From assembly GCA_002633005.1 (NCBI GenBank), contig NMRA01000066.1:1125704-1189703 (forward strand): a stretch of DNA of 64,000 nt. The letters run 5' to 3'. Within the stretch, counting starts at the first letter, position 1, and the number at the start of each line of letters is the position of its first letter. Shown piece by piece: positions 50,913-63,338 of this stretch. The stretch is from Phoronis australis. Lineage: Eukaryota; Animalia; Phoronida. The notes under the pieces were generated by a model, which was not told the DNA's origin, searched no databases, and saw only the letters and a program-made list of their open reading frames with translations. Position numbers and translations under genes: made by a program.

Positions 50913-52604
50913 GTGACAGCGACTGTGTAGGCCTGCTCAAAAAACGGGTCATTTTCTGAAGATGTAACACGTGGTGCAGAATTTCTCTAGTCGCGATATC
51001 TATTAGTTTCAATCAACAAAAAGCATTGGAGGATCCCTTGATGTCCACAGTGACTGGTGACATCATTTGCCATCCCTTGGCTTCCCACATTTGGTCCCTA
51101 TGGAGGGATATTTTTAAGGCCCTGCCTGGATCAAAAACAAATGACTAAAACTGTAAACAACAATCTCAATGAAAGTAAGCGATGAGGGGGGGGGGGGGGT
51201 TAACAGGTTCAAACTGCGGATATACACAGGGAAATATTATTATACACGCCCAACACTCTGTGACAAACAGGATAAGAAAGCTACAACTGAAGTTTTCTGT
51301 ATAGCAAATTCGCTTACAACTCTTTCCGAGTGTAGCACATTTTGAATGGAAGACTACTAAGCGACATTTATCCGTGTTTACAACCGGGGTTAATCAAAAA
51401 CGACACACCCGGAGCCAAGATAGCCTACAACTAAAAGTTCTCGTATAAATATTCTCTTCTTAAAGTTAATTATAAATATCAGTGGGTTCAATAGGCTCTT
51501 TTATCAAGCAGTGTACCTCCGACTGTAACCTGGGCAATGAGACAATCTGCTTATTTTTGTAGATGCATGTATGTATATTCAAAATGTTCACAAATTTTTT
51601 TAATGACATTGCAAGGAACGCAAACAAACGAAATGCCAGTAGTTAGGTTTTTATAAAAACTGAAATGAAAGAAACGCGTTGATCTATACACTACTAGGTC
51701 TTCCAAGTTGACCCAGAGGTTTGAGGGCCTGTGGGTCAATGGACCCATACTGACAGTGACTTCGTTTCTAAAATGAACCCTGCTTATGCCTCGAATTATT
51801 TCATTGATAACGTCAGTGTCTCGCAGACTAAACTTTTTGATTGAGAGTTCATAAAACCTGCGTTTCGTGGAAGAAACTGACTTTTGATTTAGACTATGGG
51901 GCTATTGTATAACAGGGTCTCACGCAATAACGAACTAGTTGTTCTTACCAAACTAGAAGTCGCATCTATTTTGACTAAGGATCGAACAATTTGAGACCAA
52001 TTTCATAGCGGTTATCAGATGAGAATCAAAAGTTGGATTTTGTAGCAGAAGTGGAGTTTACAGTTTTCCTTTAAAAAGACACTGAGAAAAGACACTGAGT
52101 TAAAACATTGTCACTTGACACGGTTTTGCAGAATATTTTCTTTGACTGTAACATAGGCCTACTGACGACATAATTGCGTTCGATAGCCGGGAGTCTTTTG
52201 GCGGGAATAGAACATGGTGAGCGGAACCGAATTTTACTGTTGTATATGGAAACCAATCATGATCTTGATTTAGAATACAAAAAATCCTTGCATTCTCCAA
52301 GAAAACAATGGCAGGAAATTTAGTCCTGTGCACAGAAAAATCAGAAATGTCAAATGTCGATGACCGCAACCACAACATTCCTCCGTAAAATACTAAAACT
52401 TTGTTAAAACTCGTAAAATTTAGTCTAGATTCAACTCCCAAAAATCAATACCAAACAAAAATGGTGGAAAAGCAACGACTCAGCAACTTCAAGAACAGAA
52501 GTGCTTTTCTAGCCACAGCAAACATCTCTGTTCCACTGCTAACTGGCACGCTGGATCACGATCTAGAAAATGGCCGCTGGCTACATTGCTTTTCGTTTTC
52601 ACAG

Positions 52605-52878
52605 GTATTTACACCCAGAAATTGCCGCACGAGCGCTACAGATCATTCGTCAATACAGTGTAGATGAGGTGGCGAACATGAGTCGCGGGGTTGCTGTGTT
52701 CTATACCTGGACTCGACTGATCTGCGAGGAATGTTTGTCGAATTTGAATCACGAACCGGAGGCAGCGACCGGCAGCAGGCAGATCGAACTTCTTATGCAC
52801 GTGAACAAACAGAGACAATTCGATATCACAAACCCGGAGTTACTGAACAGTCAAATAGTGTACAACACAAAATCCTAG
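52605..52878 (+). CDS. MTBD-like protein exon 3 (last)
   Basis: ttttcacag|(R)YLHPEIAARALQIIRQYSVDEVANMSRGVAVFYTWTRLICEECL...KS*; phase 2 matches exon 2; joined CDS 1353 nt = 450 aa. Confidence 0.8.
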
Positions 52879-54399
52879 AAGGATTATCTTGGAGAAACAT
52901 GTTTTCGGCGTCCACAGCAGTTCCGTTGGCATGCATTTACGTCCACAGAGCAAGCGAAAGCAACGTAAACGGCCGGAAAAGGCCGAACACCTTAGTTCTA
53001 CACTAACTTACATAGATGTATATGAATAAGCCACGCAGGTTAAGTTCAGTAGCGAGTAGGATGCAGCATTTGCGGAATGGAAGTGGAGGCGGAGACTGGA
53101 TGCAGGACTTTTAAAACTTGCTGGCCTTTCACACAAATACACGTAATTAACAAAGAAAATTCCTGATAACAACGAGCCCCGTTTGATGACAATGACATTA
53201 CACCTAAGAAATTTGGTCTTAGCTCTCACTTCACAATTGGCTGAATAAACACTTAGCCAAGTAATTATGAACGCAGAAAATGAAAGCAATGTGCAATTGG
53301 GTTAAGATGGGACTAACACAACAAACCTGTGACGTATAATATAATAAAAATGAGAGTGGTTATTAATACAGTTAGACCTGTTTTAGTGCCTCTGTGAAGA
53401 GTCTCAAGACAGGAAATGTTACTTATAGAATCTCCACAATACTTTTTCAAAACTGTGAGATGTGAGTTGAGGAGAAATTGAAGTAGATGAGCAAAATAGA
53501 GAAAAGTGGATTGTAGATAATACAAGTGGGACTAGCTTTTTAAATTTTGCCATGCAGACTAGCTTCATATGGAGATGTACCAGACAAGGAGTCTTTACAA
53601 AACAGAATCCTTGACTTAAGGTTATGCCTGACCTGACTGACAAGTCTGTGGATTTAGACAAATATCTAGTACAAAATTACACATTTTATCTTGGCAAAAA
53701 ACTCAGTAACAGTACATTGCACATAATTTCAGGAAATGGGAAGCCTGAAGATTTATTATAACAAGTTTCAGTAAAATTAAGAAAAAAAGGCGCATTAATA
53801 GTAAAAAACACCGTATCGGTAACATTGACAAAATTTTGTTTGACACAAATCAGATGTCACAACTAATATAGTTCCACTGTTCGCAATCATCATTTATTTG
53901 CATTTTATGCAACTTTTTGACTTTCTTCATGAAGACTGTTAGTCCTATTTTTGACACATACAAAAGTGGAACATTTTAAATTTCCAACACGGTTCTGGGG
54001 AACAGTGCATAAATCACAGTACCTGAAAGTTCATACAGGTACGCTGAGCTATTTCTAATGTTCTGAAAGTAACGAAAAATTTGGATATTTTCTAGGGTCC
54101 TCCATAGCCTTACTAAACATCCTGATGACCTACGGCCTGCGATGACGTAAAATACGAATTTTGTCAATTGATGAAGATGGTCTAATCTGCTATATAAGAG
54201 AAATCAATATAAAGTTGAATATAATTTATTCACTCTTCCTTCACATTCCATTACTCCTCTAAACACACGGTGCACATATTTCATCGTCCCAATTCTTAAC
54301 TGGGCTCAGTAATGCTACAGTCCTGTCATACACAGTCTGTTCAAACACAAAGCCAGCTGACAATATCCATTTTTGTGTCTCTACAGCACTTTCTAACCA

Positions 54400-54504
54400 C
54401 TACACAGGGGGCCAGGTCCACTGGTTGTTTGGGGCCTTTCCTACCAGTGGTTCCCATGGTTTCCATATGAGCATTTTCCGTGCTAGAATCAATTCCCTGT
54501 CGGC
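54400..54504 (-). CDS. NDUFA5: NADH dehydrogenase 1 alpha subcomplex subunit 5, exon 5
   Basis: cttccag|[34 protein letters not shown]. Confidence 0.95.
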   Translation of the reverse strand, partial: ADRELILARKMLIWKPWEPLVGKAPNNQWTWPPV

Positions 54505-55052
54505 CTGGAAGTAGCAAATTTATTTGAATTTCACAAAATAAAAATAGCATAAGAAAGTATGCCGAGCAAGGATGCGTCAAAGCCTGCTAAATGGCAACAA
54601 TTTAGTTTGTAAAATTCTCAAAAGTTTCTTATTCCAAAAATCAGCAAAAACTCGAAGCATAGATGTAGTTTTTGACGCAGGTTTACTCCCCTGATTTACC
54701 ACCATGTAACATGGTTCCATTGCGTCTTAAACCTTGCTCAAGATTAATGATAGCGTGAGCAGGTAGCAAATTCATGCATCATTCCTTTTCTAAATACCAT
54801 TTACTCCCTGACAATACTTAAAGCGAGCAAAGTAAACACATCGGAAAATGAACTAATGTCGTACAAAACACACTCTCATGGTAGCAGTGGCAGAGAGCTA
54901 GAACATGCTCATTTGGTGCTATGCACCTTCAAAAAATGAAACTGAAACTGAAATTTCTTACGTCTGTTATAATGAGATTTTCAGCATTATTTGATTATGC
55001 AAGAACGACCTCTTAGGCCATCATGAGGGTTCTACGAATTGCTAAAGCTCAC

Positions 55053-55118
55053 CTGTAAAATGAGTTCTTCTACCTGACCACACTGCAGTCTATCTTCCAC
55101 TCTCTGCCAATCAGTTTC
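55053..55118 (-). CDS. NDUFA5: NDUFA5 exon 4
   Basis: acaacag|ETDWQRVEDRLQCGQVEELILQ|gtgagc; 66 nt. Confidence 0.95.
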
Positions 55119-55459
55119 CTGTTGTACACAAAGATATACAGGCTCCTTATTCAGAAATTCCTGCTACACAGCAACACTAGTTGCTCATGAAGAAAGTTTT
55201 ATGAAATGGATCAAGGACGCTTAAAGTAACCAACCGGTTGAAAAACAGAGGGACAACAAGCTACAACTGCATTGCTGCACCAATTTGGAACAGAATTCTA
55301 AAAATCAAAAACAGAATTTTCTTCCACTTTTCACCACAATTTCCATGAAGCTAGATGAATTTCGATGGTACTCACAACTGCTTTTGAAAACCATTGCACT
55401 CATCACTGGAAGCAGTCATCTTGCAGCATATTAGTATAAAAACAACAAAAATGCAACAC

Positions 55460-56870
55460 AGGGGCCCATTTCATGAAACCTCTTCAGTCTTAACTTAAGA
55501 CCCAACTGTCTTAGCCCTCTTCCATGAAATTTCCCAAGATCAAAATTAAGACCAAAACGGACCAAAAGTTTGGTGCTTCAGAGCAGGCTTAAGATAGAAT
55601 TTTTGCTCTAAATTAAAACGTGACAGTCACCACTATAAAACTGTTGAGGAACAAATCCCAATGAAACTTTTCTCAATGTTGTACCATCAGTGTTCTCCAC
55701 GACCGCTTTTAATGTGTCGCAGCATCCTGTTTGGCCGAATGCACATCCTGTTTAAATGTCATGCGTCCTGTTTAAAAATGCCGCGACCAATTTAAAAAAA
55801 TGGGGACCAGTCTGTAAAAAAGCGCTGTCATCGTTAATAAGGCCTTCACTGGTTCAAATTACGCTTTACAGCAACTGGCCATAGCCAAGTGGTCACTTAT
55901 TGAAAGCCTAATCACCGATCTCACTCAAGCGGCAGAACGAGCTGCTAGTCTATTTATGCTGTAATGCGGGTTGTAAATAATTTCTCAATCATCTTTTCAA
56001 TTCATCCCGGCCAACTGGTCATAGTCAAATGAATAAAGTCTCAGTGCCACCTACACGCCTAATCCACTAGCTGCACACTGGAGGTGCAGTGCAGCAACAA
56101 AGTTGCTCTATCTAAGACTTTTTGGCCTTAGTCGCTGTTGACATCACACGTATTAACTAAACTATTTCCCCACACTGTTTCAAACACGTCCGTGCAGACT
56201 TCCATTTCAAAGTCATTGACTAAACAAATGGTTTATGAGATATGTTTGTAAATAAGTCCACCTTTTAAATATAAAAAGTTGAACAAACACGGTTATTTGT
56301 TTGCACTACTGTGCTGTAATGTTGAAGTGTGTGGGGAAAAATAAGGCGCACACTAGCCTATGAAGAACGTTGACTGCCGCTCAGTTTTGGCATGTTTGTT
56401 GTAGTTTTTACACGTGCGACCTGCTTAGATTTTCAGATGTCGAGAACACTGAACATCCAATGGCTCCAGACAATGCAAACTGAAGATTGTCTGCTCAGGA
56501 TTTGAGACTACAGGCAATTCCAACTACAACTGTTACAGCAGATGAGATGCCAATTGTACTTATGACTCAAAATGTTATAAATAAATCCCCATTTAAGAGT
56601 CTGAAGACCATAATTCTCCCTGAAACTGGATTTCACAAACTGCCTCGCATAATTTTGTGGATTTCCAACAGGTGCCGAAGGCATAGTTAGTGCGCTCACC
56701 AGGGGTGAAACCGACTTAATTTGGATCTAAAGCAAGACCGAAGACCGAATTTGTGTACATGATGGGTCTTTTCTTAATCTTCATTTTCAGTCTTAACTTT
56801 GCCCAAATTTCCATTTCAACTGATAGGCAAAATTCTGGTCTTCAGTTTTGTCATTTTACACGGAAATAGT
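55460..56870 (-). mobile_element. Possible highly degraded PIF/Harbinger element in NDUFA5 intron 3
   Basis: ggggcccatttcatgaaac..cttaagac terminus like the 44435 family; gtctt/aagac-rich opposite end; faint minus-strand peptides GAIGCS (cf. GAIDCT) and AALH. Confidence 0.3.
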
Positions 56871-56885
56871 CCCAAGAACGCGTAC

Positions 56886-57002
56886 CTGTTTTGTGACCTC
56901 TTGCCTGTCCTTAACAATCTGCTCCGTGTGCCTCCTGTAGGCTGCCTCTTGAGGCATCTTTTGCAGCACTTTTAGGATTCTGTCATACAACACATTCAGG
57001 GT
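56886..57002 (-). CDS. NDUFA5: NDUFA5 exon 3
   Basis: cttccag|TLNVLYDRILKVLQKMPQEAAYRRHTEQIVKDRQEVTKQ|gtacg; 117 nt. Confidence 0.95.
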
Positions 57003-58446
57003 CTGGAAGTAACAGATCATGGCACGTGCCGTCAACTGTCAGATGATTGGTCACTGCGGACCAGTCACATCAACACTTTAAACGGAATGCAACTGTTTTT
57101 GATGTTACAATTAAGTAAAACTACAGATCCATGGTAACCTTGGAAACATGTTTTTGCATGTTAATTACTGTCCCCTGACGTGTTGTTTAGTATCCACACA
57201 ACGATAGAAAGTGATGTAAACACACAGCTTGGTAATAGTCATTTTAAAAATCCATTTTAAACAAAAATGAAGACATTTTAACGAACTTAGTGGGGACAAT
57301 GAGACGCAAAAAATTGGGGAGTGGGTTGCTTAGCAGACTGAAAGTGTTAGTGCAGTACACCTCCCTGTAGTTCACCAACAAACTTGCTCACCCCCACTGA
57401 GGAGTTTCCCTAAACAATTTAGGCCCAAAGTAGGTTATCTGGCAAAAATTGGAACCAGCACTTTCTTTACTAAACAAGGACCTTCCTTGGAGGTGCATTC
57501 CTCCCTATACTAGTACTGTTTGAATGGGAATACCATCAGCTGGGATCTAATAGTAATTTTCCGATATAGCCATGGCATGGTGAAATATATCTGGTCACTA
57601 GATGACCTTAGTGGACAGCACTCTACATCAGTGCGTGCATTTAAAGCAGTGGCATTTTTCCCAGCATTGTTTGTAAATTATTTGCGAAAGTGCCACCAAC
57701 TTGCCAGTAATGTGCAGTGGGATATCCAAGTGATTTACACAGAAATGACCAACTCCTTAAAATGTCCCCGAACGAAAGAAATTTCATTTCATCCCTGTCA
57801 ACCTGGCCCAGCATGCACACCAGAAATGGATGAAGCCAAAGACACTAAAGAGTTCGATGCAGAATGTTTCCTTAAAGCCCACAAAGAAACATAGTCTGTA
57901 CCCTGACCTATTTTGACACATGCGCTCACCGACTAAAAAAAGTAAAACAAACGGCAGCCCATATCAATTTCAGCCAAGGTCTCGTTTTTTAAAAGCTGCA
58001 CCAAGGAAAAGAACGGTATGAAATGCCATGATTTGCTGGAAGGATCTTCTTTTTGATGAAATAAGCAACTAAAAAATACCACACTGACTTGGTTTTCCAA
58101 AAAAAAAACATAAAGCAAAGACCTACTTTCAGGAAAAGTTACTTAAGTCAACAATTTGGCGTTACGCCAAGCATTTCAGGAAAAATAATTGAATTTAACT
58201 TCAGCAAAAGGGCAGAATACTAGAAAATACACAGAAGCTTTATCAGTTACTAAGAACATTTCTTCAAACTATTTTTAGACTGTGATGTACTGATAATTAT
58301 TTTGTTAAACCATTTTCATCAATTGTGGCGTGGAGTCAGTGGAGAGCAAGACCAAATTTCTGTTTCAAGTCTTGAAAAAGACCTCAACACCAACAGTAAT
58401 TTTTGGCCGTAAAGTTTCATTAAGAACATGAAGTAAAAACGCATAC

Positions 58447-58491
58447 CTTGATTGGATGTGGTGATACAGCCAGTCCTGTAAGGCCAGTTGA
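58447..58491 (-). CDS. NDUFA5: NDUFA5 exon 2
   Basis: ctttcag|STGLTGLAVSPHPIK|gtatgc; 45 nt. Confidence 0.95.
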
Positions 58492-59209
58492 CTGAAAGCA
58501 CAGAAGAAAATATAACAGGTTTACAGAAGAAAATCGAGTTACTGATTGATGAGTTCTTAATATTGAGTACAGTTTAGGCAATGCAACAATTACTTTGGGA
58601 GAACACTTCACACAATGGCAAGGGCCACAAAAGCAATGCAGAGCGTTAAAATGCGTCCACGGCTGCAACACAAATGGTGTGCTCCTAATAGTGCTTTAAG
58701 TACCACAAAATAGCCATCAAATGGCACAAAATATGTCAATTCTGTTCGACATTGGGAAAGCATCGCCATCTCTCTATTACAAAACTTAAATCCACCGAGG
58801 AACTCCAAAGATATAGGAGCAGACATAAAAAAGCAAATTGCTATTAGAAGGCAGAGTGGTAGTGGAATCCGTCCAACTTTTGTCAACTAAAAACAAATAG
58901 GAATAGATTCGACAAATTGTGATCGTGCAAGGAGTTTAGTAGATGCGAAAATAATGTCATTAGGGGGCACCACAGTAGTTGGACCAATCTTGAAAATGCA
59001 CGGTAGTAATGCTCATGTCTGTAGAAACACATCTGCCTGTTTTCATGACGATTATCTAAGTGGTTCGGTGGATACAGACGCAGACAGCAAAAAACTAAAA
59101 AATAATTGACATGGCCACTAGGTGGTGAACACCAGGATGTCTCGCATACAGGTCATCAACGTCCCTTGGTACCTTTACCACCACAACACAGGTGAACACA
59201 AGGTAGTCT

Positions 59210-59425
59210 CTCATACAGGTCCTTGACTCCTGGAACCTTCCACGCGTGCCGTTCCGAGGTCCATGGGTACTAGTTGGCAGTGCTTCATCGGTAGATCATC
59301 CGTTTGCCGACTACGGTGGCTACGCCATTTGTAGTAATAGCCGAGATCACCCGATTCGGGAATCGAACCAGCGACCCCCATAAAACCGGCAAGCAAGCTA
59401 ACTATTCAGCTAATAGGCAATTGCC
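59210..59425 (-). mobile_element. tRNA-derived SINE in NDUFA5 intron 1
   Basis: Minus strand tagctgaatagttagc (A-box-like) and ggttcgattccc (B box); no closing cloverleaf, continues into a unique body. Confidence 0.6.
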
Positions 59426-59858
59426 GTTAGCGAGTAGCTAACAGTCAGAGGCTCATATAATTCACCGGAAGCACATCTACAACAAACTGGTAGGAGGTGA
59501 ATACAAGGATTCGAATCGTATCAAAATCATGTGCGTAGGTCTATGACATTGAGTGTCGGACCTTTCAGTGTGACACATAGTGTATTGGGGACGATGAGAG
59601 GCAAAGAACGCCTGTGTAGTGTGAGTGCGACTGTGTCCTGAACTGTCTGAACCAGGATCGTTGACGCTGAGCATGTCGAGTCTTCAAACAAAGTAAAAGT
59701 TTAACTGGAGCAGGAGAATTTCGCCCACTTCCCGAGATATTACACGCTTATACACAATCAACATATGCATTTACATTCTGTTTTACAAAAATCACTCTAC
59801 TTGAATAGCTATGTAAGCAGCAGCAAGATTAAAAAATACTGCAAAGTGTTTTTAGTAC

Positions 59859-59879
59859 CTTTTTTATAACACCGGCCAT
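59859..59879 (-). CDS. NDUFA5: NDUFA5 exon 1 (MAGVIKK)
   Basis: aaagATGgccggtgttataaaaaag|gtacta; matches the vertebrate MAGVLKK N-terminus; joined CDS is 117 aa. Confidence 0.9.
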
Positions 59880-60154
59880 CTTTGATGCTTAGCCTCAGAG
59901 CTAAGCATTTGTAAAGTACTTAAGAATTATGAAAGTTAAATGAAGCATATTAATGTTAATTGAAATAAAATACTATTTAAATTGAAAATAGTCCAAACAT
60001 TTTTTTTAATAGATTCAATTAATACTCATATGTTCAAATTTTGAATTATCTAGTCTTGAAGATTTGCTGGTATTGGGTTGCTTTCCACTACGAAACCACC
60101 ACAGGAAACCAGCAGTAAACATTGCCCGAGGTGCATCTCAAGTCGAACGTCGAG
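59880..60154. promoter_or_regulatory. Putative bidirectional promoter NDUFA5/CPT2
   Basis: Only 275 bp between divergent ATGs; AT-rich core; YY1-like aagatggcc overlapping the NDUFA5 start codon. Confidence 0.6.
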
Positions 60155-60226
60155 ATGTTTGCTAGGGTCGGCTTTTTTTCGCCACCTTCCAGACTCCTTC
60201 TGAAGCCTACAAAACTTCCAGGATGT
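60155..60226 (+). CDS. CPT2: Carnitine O-palmitoyltransferase 2, putative exon 1 (mitochondrial presequence)
   Basis: MFARVGFFSPPSRLLLKPTKLPGC (basic, no acidic residues) |gtaagc; phase 0 fits the acceptor at 61085/61086. Confidence 0.7.
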
Positions 60227-60499
60227 GTAAGCATGATAAGATGGTCATAATCCCCAGGCAGAGAATCACTTTAATGCCTGCAGTTGAAACTGTTTCTCGC
60301 AATCAGAGCCCATCAATCAAGTCCCACTACTATCACTGGCAATGCTGAAAGGCAAAGCCAAGGGCCCGGGGATCATTTGCTACTGTACAATTAATAATGT
60401 TTTAGTTCATGCGTCAGCTCTGAATGAGAGATTCACTCAATGTACTCTGGTGGTTTCCATGGACAATTTTTACCATCGCCAGTATGGTCCTAATTCATC

Positions 60500-60953
60500 A
60501 CTCTACTGGCACCAGTAGAGATGGTAGAGCTCCTATTGGCACTTCATACGCTGGAGCTTTTCGGCGAATTATGCATCGCACTGACTAAAGCATCAAAGTC
60601 ACGTTGTTATTAGTAACGTTTTGTGCATAGAAGGACACCTTTACTTGAGAAGGCCGTCGGTGTATTTAATTCCTTCCAACTTCCGTTATTAAACTTTTTC
60701 CTCTAGCAGTTCTCATTCAGTTTCATTCACTCTGCGCTCGCCAGGGGATATGTCATACCACCTGCTGTGCGCAGTGTTAAAAATAGCGAGTTACAGATTT
60801 TGGGAACTGAATGAGGGACGGTTCAAAAAACAGTTTGATAATGGGAGTATTTCGTCGAGTTTGAAGTAATTATACACCGACAGCCTCCTAAGGTGTCTCT
60901 CTATACACAAAAGATATTTCTAATAACGTGTTGTTTTAGTCAGTGTGAGGCAG
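60500..60953. mobile_element. Palindromic MITE (same family as 2975-3516), right arm truncated, in CPT2 intron 1
   Basis: agatggtagagctcctattggcacttcatacgctggagcttttcggcgaattatgc...ttttgggaactga..gcctcctaaggtgtctctct..gtgtgaggca. Confidence 0.8.
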
Positions 60954-61085
60954 TTGAGCCTGGGGGGGTTGAGCCTGATGAGGGGAATTTCGCACAAGTT
61001 TAAATAATTTTTGTAAGGGAATTCGGTCATTGTTTTGCACTTTTAAGCCGAGGAGCCCTAGTTGCTAACGGGTTAAATCTTTCAG

Positions 61086-61341
61086 TTGCAGGAGTTGCCA
61101 TTGACATCCGGTCAACAGAGTTGCTTCAGTAGCACGTTGGCGCCATCAGGTGACAGAGAGTACTTTCAGCGCAGTATCGTGCCCACTGATCATTTCCAGT
61201 ACAGCCTGCCCCGCCTACCCATTCCCAAGTTGGAAGACACGTGTCAACGGTACCTGACCAGCCAAGAGGCGTTGCTCACACCTGAAGAGCTAGAGAAGAC
61301 CACAATTCTTACGAACGAGTTCAGGGACGGACCTGGAAAAA
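61086..61341 (+). CDS. CPT2: CPT2 exon 2
   Basis: EYFQRSIVPTDHFQYSLPRLPIPKLEDTCQRYL..Q (carnitine acyltransferase signature); donor a|gtgggt, phase 1; alternative in-frame acceptor at 61092. Confidence 0.93.
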
Positions 61342-62634
61342 GTGGGTATATACATTTTGAATGCGGTGAAATTCAACAGTTTTGGCAAAGAGTAATCGCC
61401 ACAACTGGTCTCTTTCTTTTTCAAAGACTTCTAACATTTCCAAAAATTCTCAGAAACATTGCCTGATGCCGACCAGCTATGGTGTACATCATCATTTATT
61501 TGGGTCTACTGATCATGTCTGCCATATTATGTCCTGAATTGGTGAAATTTTATTGTAATTCAGAAGGTTAACAAGATACTGGGAGATAGTTAGTGCTGCT
61601 TCTGTAATATGACTATTCTAAGACATCCCATTACACATGACGGTGAGTGTCGATTGTTTTAATTTTATTTGACGTCATATCTCGTACACAAAAAATCGAG
61701 TTTTGAAATGTGGCAAATTATCACTTCTTGTTTTTGAAGGTTGTACTGCATTTGGAATGGAGCTCACTATTGTTTGTTGACTTCATTTCTGTATCTTTGG
61801 CCATTCTTGACCTGATGACATCGCTCTGTATGTAGCTGTTGGTTACCTGTTTATAAGGCAATAGTCAATATTATGGTGAAAGTTTTCTGTTTTGGGTCAA
61901 GATATTGCTTAAATTGCAATCAGAGGCTTAATACATTAATTCTTCAGATGAAAACTATACCAAATGTTGTTTGGTGTTAGCAGTAAATGACAAACCCTGG
62001 GTCAGGTAGTTGATAAATTTGGCTATAGATGGCGTTCAGAAACCCTATTGACGCTCTTTGTTTCTTCCCTACATTCTGAATTGTTTAAACCCTTATGCAT
62101 CACTGTGAAGAAAAAACAATTTCGGTCCATGATACGATTTTTTTAATTCTAAATCTGACATGTCAATGTTCTTATTGATAATTGCACTTCATAAAGAGGT
62201 GGACTCAATGGAGTTCAATGATTGGTCCAATGGGAAAATTTTCCACTGCAAACTTGTTTATTTTGTTCCGGTGTGAATTTTGCAACTCCGGTGCTGCATA
62301 GGACTTTAATAAATAAATCTTAATAAGTTGCACAGAACTCGGTGTTCTCTGCACTCAAGAATTCAAACAGGTCGCATTTACAGCCACTCTTAACATTAAA
62401 AATAGTGTGCAGCACGTTCATATCACAGTGAATGCACAAAGTGATTCTTGTTTTGTTCAGAATGAAAAAAATCAACTGTGCGGTGTGTTATTTAAACAGG
62501 TGAGAGGCAAAATCAAACAGGTCACGGCAACCTGTTATAGCAGGTTATGAAGATTACTAAAATTAGTTTATCTTGTTTAGTATGCTGTTGTTCCTGAACA
62601 TGTTGATCTTAAAGGTTAACCAACTGTATTTCAG

Positions 62635-62798
62635 TCATGCACGAGCGCTTGATAGCATTTGACAAAGAGAACAAACATACCAGCTACATCAGTGCACCCT
62701 GGTATGATTACTACCTGAAATATAGGGACCCTCTTGTGTTGAACCACAATCCATTCATGGCCTTTGTGGATGATCCCAAGCCAGAGTACAACAAGCAG
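62635..62798 (+). CDS. CPT2: CPT2 exon 3
   Basis: atttcag|(I)[54 protein letters not shown]|gtggga. Confidence 0.95.
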
Positions 62799-63204
62799 GT
62801 GGGAACAAAGAGTAGACTTCCTAACGTTAAGATTGGTAAACAATACAACAGTATTGACACTACATAGTACCTTAAATGAAAACAGATACGCAACCCCAGC
62901 AACTTATACTAATGTGCTATGAACAGATATCCTGTGATTTTAGTGATCTTTCAAGAGAGTCCAGTTTACTTAGCTTTTGTTTGCTCTATGGTATCTGAAG
63001 AGACTTGTAATGTAAAGTCTTGGTGACATCACGTGATCTGAGACTGAAACATGTCATCGTGTGGATGTGTTCTCACTCTGTTCATGAAAAGGTCAATCTC
63101 AGTGATGTTATTTCAATGGGTAATACTTAAACTTGTTATTTGTCTGACAAATTTGTGTCAATATGTCAAAAGGAGAACTCTTCAACACATAAGATCTTTT
63201 TCAG

Positions 63205-63338
63205 GCGATTAGGTCTACAAACATGATTGTCTCCGCCATGAGGTTTTTGAAGACCTACAGAGATGGTTTACTGGAGCCAGAAGTATTTCACTTAAACCCT
63301 GGCAAGACCGACACTGCTTCGTATCGTAACATCATAAG
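63205..63338 (+). CDS. CPT2: CPT2 exon 4 (gene continues beyond the window)
   Basis: tttttcag|[44 protein letters not shown] ag|gtgatt. Confidence 0.95.

Larger units (their letters stand above)
50043..51033. repeat. 495-bp near-identical tandem duplication separated by a single N (probable assembly artefact)
   Basis: 50043-50537 equals 50539-51033 apart from ~4 substitutions; n at 50538. Confidence 0.9.

Noticed and set aside
59340-59425. Possible tRNA gene (also 41800-41869)
   Set aside because: A/B boxes are present but acceptor and anticodon stems do not close; better explained as SINE heads
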